The translations under genes were made by a program, and so were the position numbers. Below the pieces are notes generated by a model. The model was given only the letters and a program-made list of their open reading frames with translations, searched no databases and had not been told where the DNA came from. Shown in pieces: positions 29,141-37,403 of a stretch of DNA of 64,000 bases. The stretch is from the IMG/VR virus record IMGVR_UViG_3300025276_000022. One strand, 5' to 3'. The DNA is from a virus. Every line of letters starts with the position of its first letter. The first letter of the stretch is position 1.

Positions 29141-29940
29141 TGCTATTAACTGCTGGATGTAGTTTTGTATGGGGGGATGAGTTAAAAGGATTTGATCAAG
29201 ATCCCCCTGCTCACTGGGGACGCACTTTCACTTCAATACTTGCTAGGAAACTAGGTATTGACTATGTTAACCGTGGTGTGTGTGGTGCTTGTAACGATAA
29301 GATCTTTAGGGAAGTCACCGACTTCCTTCATAATGATGACAATCGAGGTAAGGTGACTCATCTAGTAGTTATGTGGTCTGCATGGCAACGTGCAGAAATC
29401 GTAGAGTATATGCCACCGGATCGTGAAGTTAAGATTGGTAGACAGAACGATGTTACACAGTACTCAGAATTGCGCACAGATTTAATATACTGTAAGAAAA
29501 AAAGAGCTAGTATGAAAAAGTGGTATGGTACTGCATACGATTCTAAGACAGATATCATGCACACTCTCAGTATGATGAAGGCACTTGAGGTCATATGTGA
29601 TGCAGCTGGGATAAAATTAATCCAAGGTGTTTTCCATAAAAGGAACTGGTCTAACATTATGTCTATCTTGACAGATGCGCCCGGATTTCAAGATAGTGCT
29701 CCATATTTAGAGGAAGAACGTATAGCCTCTATACCATATTATAGTAAATGGTTAAAAGATTCTATTGGTAGTTTAAAAGATACTAGTCGAATTGGAATGG
29801 GTAAGGGTATAGATCTATACAGTCTTTGTGTAGAATTGGATGATATGAGACCCCACGGACATCCGGGCGAAAAGACTCAAGTAGTATTTGCGAACGAATT
29901 ACTTGAGTCTTTCATTAAGTTAAGTGAAGAAAACGTATAA
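29140..29940 (+). CDS. SGNH-hydrolase-like protein
   Basis: GCSFVWG, N.G..GACN, HGHPG. Confidence 0.65.
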   Translation: MLLTAGCSFVWGDELKGFDQDPPAHWGRTFTSILARKLGIDYVNRGVCGACNDKIFREVTDFLHNDDNRGKVTHLVVMWSAWQRAEIVEYMPPDREVKIGRQNDVTQYSELRTDLIYCKKKRASMKKWYGTAYDSKTDIMHTLSMMKALEVICDAAGIKLIQGVFHKRNWSNIMSILTDAPGFQDSAPYLEEERIASIPYYSKWLKDSIGSLKDTSRIGMGKGIDLYSLCVELDDMRPHGHPGEKTQVVFANELLESFIKLSEENV

Positions 29941-29943
29941 ATA
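29936..29943 (+). promoter_or_regulatory. Late promoter
   Basis: TATAAATA overlapping upstream stop. Confidence 0.8.
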
Positions 29944-29975
29944 TAACCAGTATAATATAACTTTGGAGTAATGTA

Positions 29976-30293
29976 ATGAGCGATAATGTAATTTTAGTAG
30001 GTATCATTTTAGTCATAGTAGGATTTATTGTTATGAGTAAAAAATCTAGCACTGGGTCAACTGGTAAAGGTACTACCCCAGTAAAGCCATCAACGCCTGT
30101 GGTAGATCGCCATGCTGAAAGCATTGCTGTACAAAGAGACATGTTTTCTAAAATGACTGTTACTCAATTAAAAGTATATGTTAAAGAAAACAAATCTAAA
30201 TTGGGAGAATCGACGGGTCGTATGCCAACTAAGAAGGCCGAACTCATTGAAGCTGCTATGCAAATATTCCAATCTTGGACTGAAGAAAAATGA
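29976..30293 (+). CDS. Membrane-anchored protein with Rho-N/SAP-like C-terminus
   Basis: N-terminal TM; SKMTVTQLK...TKKAELI. Confidence 0.6.
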   Translation: MSDNVILVGIILVIVGFIVMSKKSSTGSTGKGTTPVKPSTPVVDRHAESIAVQRDMFSKMTVTQLKVYVKENKSKLGESTGRMPTKKAELIEAAMQIFQSWTEEK

Positions 30294-30967
30294 AAACCTT
30301 TAAAACCTTCTTGAACGAAGGAGTCAATGATCCAGCAATCTTCAAAGCAGTCTTTCTTGCAGGCGGGCCTGGATCAGGTAAGTCTTTCATAGTCGGTAAG
30401 ACTGGACTAACCTCTATGGGTTATAGAGTAAGTAATTCTGACGATGCGTTCGAAGCAGGCCTAAAGAAAGCAGGACTAGAAATGAGTCCTGAGAATATCT
30501 TTTCTGTTAAAGGTCAAGAACTTCGAGGTAAGGCTACTGCAATAACTAAAACTAGACAGACTATGTATATCAAAGGTCGGTTAGGATTAGTCATCGACGG
30601 TACTGGTAAGAATCTTGAAAAGATGAAGACCCAAGCAAAAGACCTTAAAAAGATTGGATATGATGTTGCGATGATATTTGTCAACACTGACCTAGAAACT
30701 GCTATGGCTAGAAATCGCGCAAGAGCGAGAAAACTACCTGATGATATGGTCAAAGAATATTGGCAAGAGATCCAAAACAATATAGGTGCGTTTCAAAGTT
30801 TGTTCGGTAAGAAGAACTTTCTAGTTGTCGATAACTCAGATGGTAAAGACTGGACTTCCGAAACTCTTCGTGCATACAAAGACGTAACAAGATTCACTGA
30901 GGCACCTGTGGAGAATGCCAAATCTAAGAAGTGGATTGCCGCAGAAAAGAAAAAGAAAACTCGCTAA
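30290..30967 (+). CDS. P-loop kinase (zeta-toxin/PNK-like) with capsid-targeting-like N-terminus
   Basis: MKTFKTFLNE; AGGPGSGKS; VIDGT; ARNRAR lid. Confidence 0.8.
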   Translation: MKTFKTFLNEGVNDPAIFKAVFLAGGPGSGKSFIVGKTGLTSMGYRVSNSDDAFEAGLKKAGLEMSPENIFSVKGQELRGKATAITKTRQTMYIKGRLGLVIDGTGKNLEKMKTQAKDLKKIGYDVAMIFVNTDLETAMARNRARARKLPDDMVKEYWQEIQNNIGAFQSLFGKKNFLVVDNSDGKDWTSETLRAYKDVTRFTEAPVENAKSKKWIAAEKKKKTR

Positions 30968-30974
30968 GAAATGA

Positions 30975-31003
30975 TTGACAAGGGAAGTTCATTGTAGTAT
31001 AAT
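30975..31003 (+). promoter_or_regulatory. sigma70 promoter
   Basis: TTGACA-N17-TATAAT. Confidence 0.8.
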
Positions 31004-31028
31004 GACACTCTAACACAGAGGAACTACA

Positions 31029-31154
31029 ATGAACTACCAGTCGAATCTCGCTAAAGAATATGCTCTCCTACTATCTAAGGTAGGGGACAGCCCCACCCCC
31101 AAACAACAAAAGAAATTAGATAAACTTCTAAAACTTTTGCGAAAAACTGTTTGA
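31029..31154 (+). CDS. Small basic protein (41 aa)
   Basis: GAGGA RBS; MNYQSNLAKEY...KLLRKTV. Confidence 0.6.
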   Translation: MNYQSNLAKEYALLLSKVGDSPTPKQQKKLDKLLKLLRKTV

Positions 31155-31179
31155 CATCTTCCCCCAATAAGTGTATAAT
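31151..31179 (+). promoter_or_regulatory. sigma70 promoter; -35 contains upstream stop
   Basis: TTGACA-N17-TATAAT. Confidence 0.85.
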
Positions 31180-31207
31180 AGCTTCTTAATCTTAGGAGAA
31201 CTTTATA

Positions 31208-31750
31208 GTGCGTATATATATCTTGATTTCTATTCTTGTCTTTATTGGCAACAGTCTTGCCTTTGTAGGTTACATTAATTTTGTTCATGCAGAAACACCT
31301 GATATACAAGACGAAAGAGAACTTGAATGTCTCGCAATGAATATATACCATGAGGCAAGAAGCGAAAGTCTTGCTGGACAATATGCAGTCGCAGACGTTA
31401 CCCTAAATAGAATGCAGGATAGACGATACCCATCAACGATATGTGGTGTTGTCGAACAAGCTGTATTGAGTCAGTGGGGTCTCGATAGAGGTCTAGAAAT
31501 ACCAAAGAAGAATATGTGTCAGTTCAGTTGGTATTGTGACGGTCTTTCGGACGAACCACTAGAAACATACTCTTGGTTACGTGCAAAAGATATTGCACAT
31601 GATATGATGTACTATAGCAAGCATAATGGTTTAACAGAAGGATCTACGCATTACCATGCTAACTATGTAAATCCGACGTGGAGTTACCACGAGAAGATGA
31701 GACTTATAGGTAGGATTGGTGATCACATTTTCTATAAAGAGGAATACTAA
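31208..31750 (+). CDS. Cell wall hydrolase (SleB/Hydrolase_2)
   Basis: CLAMNIYHEARSE, V.LNR, CQFSWYCDG, THYHA.YV.P.W, IGDHIFY; N-terminal anchor. Confidence 0.92.
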   Translation: MRIYILISILVFIGNSLAFVGYINFVHAETPDIQDERELECLAMNIYHEARSESLAGQYAVADVTLNRMQDRRYPSTICGVVEQAVLSQWGLDRGLEIPKKNMCQFSWYCDGLSDEPLETYSWLRAKDIAHDMMYYSKHNGLTEGSTHYHANYVNPTWSYHEKMRLIGRIGDHIFYKEEY

Positions 31751-32007
31751 TGACAATCGATTATGCATCACTTCCAACAGGTTTATTCTCGGAAGACACG
31801 GACGTAGATAATGCATATATATTATACGATCACACAGGCGGATTAATCTGTGTGTACGGTGACGCAGAACGGGCAATAGATCGTGCCGCAGAAGAGATCA
31901 CCAAAGATTACCAGTATGATACTGTACATGTTGATGTGTTCGATTGGGCAATCATGGTACGAAGTTCTATTGGAGAAATTACCATTTTAGTAGAAAAGAT
32001 CTATTGA
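31750..32007 (+). CDS. Hypothetical protein
   Basis: Coupled ORF with GAGG RBS. Confidence 0.7.
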   Translation: MTIDYASLPTGLFSEDTDVDNAYILYDHTGGLICVYGDAERAIDRAAEEITKDYQYDTVHVDVFDWAIMVRSSIGEITILVEKIY

Positions 32008-32032
32008 CAGACCAGATCCTTTTTGTTATAAT
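32004..32032 (+). promoter_or_regulatory. sigma70 promoter for tRNA-Glu
   Basis: TTGACAGAC...N17-TATAAT. Confidence 0.85.
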
Positions 32033-32043
32033 AGCCGAACAAT

Positions 32044-32119
32044 GTCCCGTTCGTCTAGAGGCCTAGGACACCGCCCTTTCACGGCGGTAACAGGGGTTCG
32101 ACTCCCCTACGGGATGCCA
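32044..32119 (+). tRNA. tRNA-Glu(UUC)
   Basis: Cloverleaf, loop CTTTCAC, CCA. Confidence 0.96.
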
Positions 32120-32145
32120 TATTATTAATCAAGAGAGTTATTGTT

Positions 32146-32349
32146 ATGCCTATAAAGTACAAAGAAGATTCAGAAGTTAAAGACCGCACAACCGGAAAGG
32201 TTAAGGTCACAAGATATTATATTCACGCCCTTCCTACTCCTAGTCTTTTAGAAGAGTTTGGAAGATGTAGTATCCCCAAGATTAAAGTTAAATTTCGTAA
32301 TGAACTAGTGAAGCGTGGGTTTTCAAATCAAGACATATTATCTCTATAG
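32146..32349 (+). CDS. Hypothetical basic protein
   Basis: 67-aa ORF between tRNAs. Confidence 0.65.
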   Translation: MPIKYKEDSEVKDRTTGKVKVTRYYIHALPTPSLLEEFGRCSIPKIKVKFRNELVKRGFSNQDILSL

Positions 32350-32354
32350 GCCTC

Positions 32355-32383
32355 TTGACAGACCAAGAAGTTTATAGTATAAT
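32355..32383 (+). promoter_or_regulatory. sigma70 promoter for tRNA-Asn/Leu
   Basis: TTGACAGAC...N17-TATAAT. Confidence 0.85.
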
Positions 32384-32401
32384 AGAGTCTTAGTAAGTAA
32401 T

Positions 32402-32476
32402 TCCGAAGTAGCTCAGCGGTAGAGCAGTTGACTGTTAATCAATTGGTCGTTGGTTCGATCCCAACCTTCGGAGCCA
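32402..32476 (+). tRNA. tRNA-Asn(GUU)
   Basis: Cloverleaf, loop CTGTTAA, CCA. Confidence 0.96.
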
Positions 32477-32480
32477 GAAT

Positions 32481-32565
32481 GCGAGTGTGGCGAAATTGGT
32501 AGACGCGCAAGATTTAGGTTCTTGTTGAGAAATCAGTGGAGGTTCAAGTCCTCTCACTCGTACCA
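32481..32565 (+). tRNA. tRNA-Leu(UAG)
   Basis: Cloverleaf with long variable arm, loop TTTAGGT, CCA. Confidence 0.94.
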
Positions 32566-32585
32566 ATAAATGAAATGGATATATT

Positions 32586-32840
32586 ATGAAACCTGATACT
32601 AAATGGTACCCCGACAATCTTGACTGGTACGTTAAATGGGCTGCGACTGTTTGCATCCTCACTGCTGTAATGTTTCGACAAGCAGGGCCCGATTGGAGAT
32701 TGTACGATCTTGCTGTGGGATTTGTCGGTACAGGACTTTGGGCGTGGGTGTCAGTGATGTGGGAAGACCGCGCACTGATTATACTAAACTCAGTTATGAT
32801 GGTAATGCTGGGATCAGCACTTATGAGGGAATTTTTATGA
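32586..32840 (+). CDS. Small multi-TM membrane protein
   Basis: DWYVKW.AT...LW.WV...W.DRALIILN. Confidence 0.8.
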   Translation: MKPDTKWYPDNLDWYVKWAATVCILTAVMFRQAGPDWRLYDLAVGFVGTGLWAWVSVMWEDRALIILNSVMMVMLGSALMREFL

Positions 32841-33217
32841 GTCAGTTAATGTACGCACACACTCCACCTTACACCAATGAGACTGTAGAGTTCGAAAGGT
32901 ATTCTGATGGGGTCTCTATGAGATCTGCCGCAGATATAGGTACCATCGATTACAAATTTAACGAAGGTAAACTCATAGAAGAGTTTAAGGATTACATCGA
33001 CTCTACATATAACGCACACTATTGCACTTCTGGTATTCAATCCAGTGAAGTCATTATTGATCGCGGGCATGGTATGGGTTTCTTTCTAGGTAATGTGGAT
33101 AAGTATAATGCACGTTATGGAAACAAGGGTGATGTATCGGATCACCGAAAGGATCTTGTGAAGGTTTTGCATTATGCTCTATTAGCATTACACACCCATG
33201 ATTTGGAGAATACGTAA
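32837..33217 (+). CDS. DUF3310-like conserved phage protein
   Basis: YIDSTYNAHY...GFFLGNVDKY..RYG.K...DL.KVLHY. Confidence 0.8.
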   Translation: MSQLMYAHTPPYTNETVEFERYSDGVSMRSAADIGTIDYKFNEGKLIEEFKDYIDSTYNAHYCTSGIQSSEVIIDRGHGMGFFLGNVDKYNARYGNKGDVSDHRKDLVKVLHYALLALHTHDLENT

Positions 33218-33225
33218 AGAACGAG

Positions 33226-33420
33226 TCTGGTAACTCGGACTAGTAGTATGTTGTTCCTTCTACGATGAGAATGAGGATTAGTTACCTCAAATAGGAACAC
33301 GACACCAAGTAGGTCGGTAGCTGGTACCGTTAGTCAGAAGCGCTGGAGACCGTGCGAGGTAATAGTTATAAAGATAGGCTATCTTTAGCTAAGGTCAAAG
33401 AAGGGGTTTGTGGCACCAGA
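33226..33420 (+). ncRNA. Candidate structured RNA (~195 nt) upstream of tRNA-Asp
   Basis: No ORF; TCTGGT/ACCAGA closing stem and several nested stems. Confidence 0.45.
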
Positions 33421-33428
33421 TAAATTAA

Positions 33429-33505
33429 GGACTGGTAGTTCAGTTGGTTAGAATGCCGGCCTGTCACGCCGGAGGTCGCGAGTTCGAGTCTCGTTCAGTC
33501 CGCCA
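33429..33505 (+). tRNA. tRNA-Asp(GUC)
   Basis: Cloverleaf, loop CTGTCAC, CCA. Confidence 0.96.
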
Positions 33506-33561
33506 AATCTACATTTAAGCTGGAACTATATATAGCTCCTCCCACCAACTTAAAGGAAGAT

Positions 33562-33642
33562 ATGGAACTTTTAGATATCTTGATCGTTGGAGCGGTTACT
33601 TTGCTTATTATATATTTCGCTCTATTTCATGAAGAAGATTAG
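33562..33642 (+). CDS. 26-aa single-TM peptide
   Basis: AAGGA RBS; MELLDILIVGAVTLLIIYFALFHEED. Confidence 0.5.
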   Translation: MELLDILIVGAVTLLIIYFALFHEED

Positions 33643-33727
33643 ATAAATCATAGTCTCGGAATGACTTAAAACTTGCACTGGTCGTTACGCCCGTCACCTA
33701 AGTATGTGAAAAACTGCTTAATAATTA

Positions 33728-33804
33728 CGGAGATTAGCACAGTTTGGTAGTGCGCTGCATTTGGGGTGCAGAGGTCGTAGGTTCGAATCCTCCATCTCCG
33801 ACCA
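33728..33804 (+). tRNA. tRNA-Pro(UGG)
   Basis: Cloverleaf, loop TTTGGGG, CCA; one T-stem mismatch. Confidence 0.93.
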
Positions 33805-33821
33805 CTTATTTTGGAAACAAT

Positions 33822-34187
33822 ATGAAAAATATCTTACTCGTTATAATGATCGCTCTGATCGTAGCATCTTTTGCATCTGCACAGAGTTTTAAATTCGCCA
33901 AGGATGATCATAAATTCTTAGTAAAGGAAATTGAAAACCTAACACCGGCCGTTGAATTCATCCTATTAAAAACTGATGAAGAGTATGATGCAGCACGTAA
34001 AGAGTTCATAGGCAGTGGTTGGAACAACGTAAGTGCATTCACTCGATGGAATGAAACCGAAGGTACGTGTAAGATATATGTTAAAGATCCATTGTGGAAG
34101 TACGAACCAGAACTTATAGGGCATGAAGTTGCTCATTGTATATGGGGACGGTTCCATCGTGGTAAGAAAGGAGTGAGAACTAATTAA
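33822..34187 (+). CDS. Secreted HExxH protein
   Basis: Signal peptide ending ASA; GHEVAHC. Confidence 0.75.
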   Translation: MKNILLVIMIALIVASFASAQSFKFAKDDHKFLVKEIENLTPAVEFILLKTDEEYDAARKEFIGSGWNNVSAFTRWNETEGTCKIYVKDPLWKYEPELIGHEVAHCIWGRFHRGKKGVRTN

Positions 34188-34298
34188 GGGTCTGATTCCC
34201 CTTTTGAAATAACTGAATCAGTGGTGCACCCTTTGCCAGAGAGTCTTGTTTCTCTCTTTAATCAACAAGCAAGTGGTACCAGTGGTAAGAGGTAATGT

Positions 34299-34373
34299 TG
34301 GGGTGTCGCCAAGTGGTTAAGGCCTCGGGTTTTGATCCCGATATCGGAGGTTCGAATCCTCCCACCCCAGCCA
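34299..34373 (+). tRNA. tRNA-Gln(UUG)
   Basis: Cloverleaf, U1-A72, loop TTTTGAT, CCA. Confidence 0.95.
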
Positions 34374-34391
34374 ATATAATTTTCAAAAGAC

Positions 34392-34420
34392 TTGACAGAC
34401 GTATAAGTAAGTGTTACAAT
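34392..34420 (+). promoter_or_regulatory. sigma70 promoter for tRNA-Ser
   Basis: TTGACAGAC...N17-TACAAT. Confidence 0.75.
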
Positions 34421-34433
34421 AGCTGTATTAAAT

Positions 34434-34521
34434 GGAGAGTTGGCAGAGTGGTCGAATGCACCTGACTTGAAATCAGACGAACCGCAAGGTTCCGTAGGTT
34501 CGAATCCTACACTCTCCGCCA
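34434..34521 (+). tRNA. tRNA-Ser(UGA)
   Basis: Cloverleaf with long variable arm, loop CTTGAAA, CCA. Confidence 0.96.
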
Positions 34522-34551
34522 TTTACATAATACATTGACGAGTTCTATATT

Positions 34552-35967
34552 ATGAAGTATAAAGTACTACTATTATCATCATCTATTTTCCTAGCATCGT
34601 GTGGTGGAGGATCTACTAGTTCCCCTGAACCGATTGCTGTTATTCCCCCAGCACCTACTCCTCTTGAGATATCTATTGGTGAGTTAAGGGATATAATGAA
34701 CGTGACCTCTCCTACAGGTTCGTACGAAGGATACATTCTCCCAGAAAGTGATGACTTCTTCAACATCCCCCAAGATCCTAGCAACCCTGTTACTTCTGAG
34801 AAAGTAGAGTTAGGTAAGTTGCTTTATCATGAAACTGGTATGACCTCGTCTGAGACTAGCAAGACCGATATGGTCGACACGTGGTCTTGTGCATCATGTC
34901 ACAATGGCCAGAACGGATTCAAGTCTGGTATTCGCCAAGGTATTGGTGAAGGTGGTGTCGGTTTTGATCACCGTACTTTCGCAGAAGGTATGGAAGAACT
35001 TGCAGACATACAACCACTAACATCTCCTACTGTATTGAATAGTGCATATCAAGAAGTGATGTTATGGAACGGTCAGTTCGGTAATGTGATGGGCGGTATA
35101 GTGAATGTGGGTATTGACCCTGAACGTCACTTCACCGAAGGTACCCCGAAGGAAGCAAACCTACGACAGTTGTCTGGTCTTGAAACACAAGCAGTTGCCG
35201 GTCTAGGTGTTCACCGAATGGATGTTACTAGTGATGAATCCATCCTTAGTAACAACGAAACCTATCAGATGATGTTTGAGGCTGCATACGGAACTTCACG
35301 ACCGACCGATATGTTAGAGGCAGCATCCTTTGCGATTGCCGCATACGAAAGAACTATCCTTGCAAACCGTGCACCATTCCAAACGTTCCTACGTGGAGAT
35401 GAGACTGCACTGTCTATAGAGGAAGTAGAAGGTGCAAAAGTATTCTTCGGTAAAGGTAACTGTGCTGGTTGCCACAACGGCCCTGCACTATCATCACCTG
35501 TAGGATCTATGGCGCAAGAAGTGTTTATGACTCTTGGTTTCCATGACTTGGATATGTGGGAAGATACTGTCGGTGAAGTTGGCCAAGCGGTAAAAGAAGG
35601 TCGTGCTGGATTTACTGGTGACAGTATGGAAAAGTTCGCGTTCAAAGTACCGCCACTTTACAATCTTATAGATACTACTGTATTCGGTCATGGTGGTTCA
35701 TTCACCAGTGTTGAAGATGTGGTAAGATATAAAGTTGCCGCAGTTCCACAACATCCACAAGTTGAAACGACTGATGTGGACTACCGTTTTGTTCCATTAG
35801 ATTTGAGTGAAGAAGATATCTCAAACTTGATTGCATTCTTAGAGCAGAGTTTGTATGATCCAGATTTGATGAGATATGTACCAGACACATTGCCTAGTGG
35901 TAACTGTGTAACCAACAATGACCAGCAGTCACAAGACGACTTAGGATGTACTGACAATGGATTATAA
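34552..35967 (+). CDS. Di-heme cytochrome c peroxidase/MauG-family lipoprotein
   Basis: Lipobox LASC; NPVTSEKVELGKLL; CASCH and CAGCH; SPTVLN; FKVPPLYNL; HGG. Confidence 0.92.
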   Translation: MKYKVLLLSSSIFLASCGGGSTSSPEPIAVIPPAPTPLEISIGELRDIMNVTSPTGSYEGYILPESDDFFNIPQDPSNPVTSEKVELGKLLYHETGMTSSETSKTDMVDTWSCASCHNGQNGFKSGIRQGIGEGGVGFDHRTFAEGMEELADIQPLTSPTVLNSAYQEVMLWNGQFGNVMGGIVNVGIDPERHFTEGTPKEANLRQLSGLETQAVAGLGVHRMDVTSDESILSNNETYQMMFEAAYGTSRPTDMLEAASFAIAAYERTILANRAPFQTFLRGDETALSIEEVEGAKVFFGKGNCAGCHNGPALSSPVGSMAQEVFMTLGFHDLDMWEDTVGEVGQAVKEGRAGFTGDSMEKFAFKVPPLYNLIDTTVFGHGGSFTSVEDVVRYKVAAVPQHPQVETTDVDYRFVPLDLSEEDISNLIAFLEQSLYDPDLMRYVPDTLPSGNCVTNNDQQSQDDLGCTDNGL

Positions 35968-36178
35968 TACTAAAAATATTGAAGTGATGACGAGTACCAA
36001 GCAGGGTATGATTGACCGACTAAGACGTAAGAATTCTAGGAGAGTTGAGTATATCGACGTTCGAATAGAACAGCTGACTATAGAACGAGACAATCCAAAT
36101 AATTCGGAAGCAGATTCTAAGTGGTATAACAGATGCATCCAAGAACTCAATTGGGTAAAGCAGCAAACACAGGTGTAA
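35957..36178 (+). CDS. Hypothetical protein
   Basis: WYNRCIQEL.W motif, AGGA RBS. Confidence 0.7.
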   Translation: MDYNTKNIEVMTSTKQGMIDRLRRKNSRRVEYIDVRIEQLTIERDNPNNSEADSKWYNRCIQELNWVKQQTQV

Positions 36179-36180
36179 CG

Positions 36181-36366
36181 ATGGTAACAAAAAACGATAT
36201 TACTGGAGATGCTATACGCTCCAAGTCGTTATCAAAACAAGGACGTGATAACTGGGACGACATCTTCGGGAAGAAGAACACGGAAGAAGCGCCTACAGAA
36301 GTAAAGATAAACACGGTTATAAATAAAGATACTCTGATACTAACACGAGAAGATTTTATAGAGTAA
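36181..36366 (+). CDS. Small hypothetical phage protein
   Basis: KNDITGD.I.SK...DNWD.IFG. Confidence 0.7.
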   Translation: MVTKNDITGDAIRSKSLSKQGRDNWDDIFGKKNTEEAPTEVKINTVINKDTLILTREDFIE

Positions 36367-36367
36367 T
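36316..36367 (+). repeat. 52-bp direct repeat copy 1 (contains TATAAATA)
   Basis: 51/52 identical to 37266-37317. Confidence 0.95.
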
Positions 36368-36372
36368 TCCTA

Positions 36373-37272
36373 ATGTTTTATGTTTTGTCTAGCCACAATA
36401 TTTATGCACTAAGACGACAATTTAACACACTGTCAAAAAATAATACTACGGTAATTATAAATACATTAAGCGATACGTTTCGAGAACAAGCAGAATCTTA
36501 TTGTAAGGAAGAAGATCTTCGATACTTTATAACAGAGAGTGATGGAACTGCCGCTACTGGTAAGAACAGTTTCCTAGACCAGTTTGATAAAGACGGTGTG
36601 CCACATGCAGTATTGATTGATGGAGATGACTATCTAACACCAAGAGGTGTCCACTGTTATAAAAGAATGATGGGGAAGAAAGATAGTCCAGATGCTTTGA
36701 TACTGTTTAATCAGGTATCCCTTATGTCACCTGATGATCAAAACACAGAAAGAACGCAATGTGAAAAAAGGCCACATGAAGATATAACCCATATGCCCAG
36801 GCATTACACCCAAGGTTCTGCTGTAGTAGATTGGGATTCCCTCGCACAAGGTGATTTGATAGTAGACAATGTCCCAGATGCAACCGAAGCTGATGTTGAT
36901 ATGTTTAGAAAATATATAACTTTACTTGGAAGTGGAATGGGGATAGATGAGTTGAGCACTCGACTAGTTTTTATGTCGAGGAAGGTAATACCTTACAGAT
37001 TTAAAGATTTAGTTGTTGGAGAGGACACCCTTCAATACTTAGAAGTAAAAGATGCCTTTGACCGCGGCGAACTAGTGATGGTCGCTCATGAAGAGTCTAA
37101 AGCACCTACCTACATATACGATATACGAATATCAGGTATTGCAGTAAAGGAAAGTGGTCGAGCTCGAGGAAGAGGGGGTTTAACTTGGATGGCAAGACTA
37201 CTAAAAGAATTAGAAAATTTACATGGGAAGAACAAGTTACATAACACAAGAGTTCCCATAACGGAGTTATAA
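36373..37272 (+). CDS. GT-A-fold glycosyltransferase-like protein
   Basis: SDGT..TGKNS, LIDGDD, GED; paralog of 51199. Confidence 0.6.
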   Translation: MFYVLSSHNIYALRRQFNTLSKNNTTVIINTLSDTFREQAESYCKEEDLRYFITESDGTAATGKNSFLDQFDKDGVPHAVLIDGDDYLTPRGVHCYKRMMGKKDSPDALILFNQVSLMSPDDQNTERTQCEKRPHEDITHMPRHYTQGSAVVDWDSLAQGDLIVDNVPDATEADVDMFRKYITLLGSGMGIDELSTRLVFMSRKVIPYRFKDLVVGEDTLQYLEVKDAFDRGELVMVAHEESKAPTYIYDIRISGIAVKESGRARGRGGLTWMARLLKELENLHGKNKLHNTRVPITEL

Positions 37273-37317
37273 ATAAAGATACTCTGATACTAACACGAGA
37301 AGATTTCATAGAGTAAT
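37266..37317 (+). repeat. 52-bp direct repeat copy 2 (contains TATAAATA)
   Basis: See copy 1; directly upstream of tRNA-Ala. Confidence 0.95.
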
Positions 37318-37326
37318 AGCATTATT

Positions 37327-37400
37327 GGGGGAATAGTATAACGGGATTACTGCGCCCTTGCACGGCGTCGATCGGGGTTCGATTCCCCGTTCCTCCACCA
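37327..37400 (+). tRNA. tRNA-Ala(UGC)
   Basis: Cloverleaf, G3:U70, loop CTTGCAC, CCA. Confidence 0.95.
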
Positions 37401-37403
37401 ATT

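Noticed and set aside
33744-33821. Upstream start of the secreted HExxH gene
   Set aside because: Lies within tRNA-Pro; ATG 33822 gives a clean signal peptide.
34262-34522. Minus-strand 86-aa ORF
   Set aside because: Antisense translation of tRNA-Gln and tRNA-Ser.
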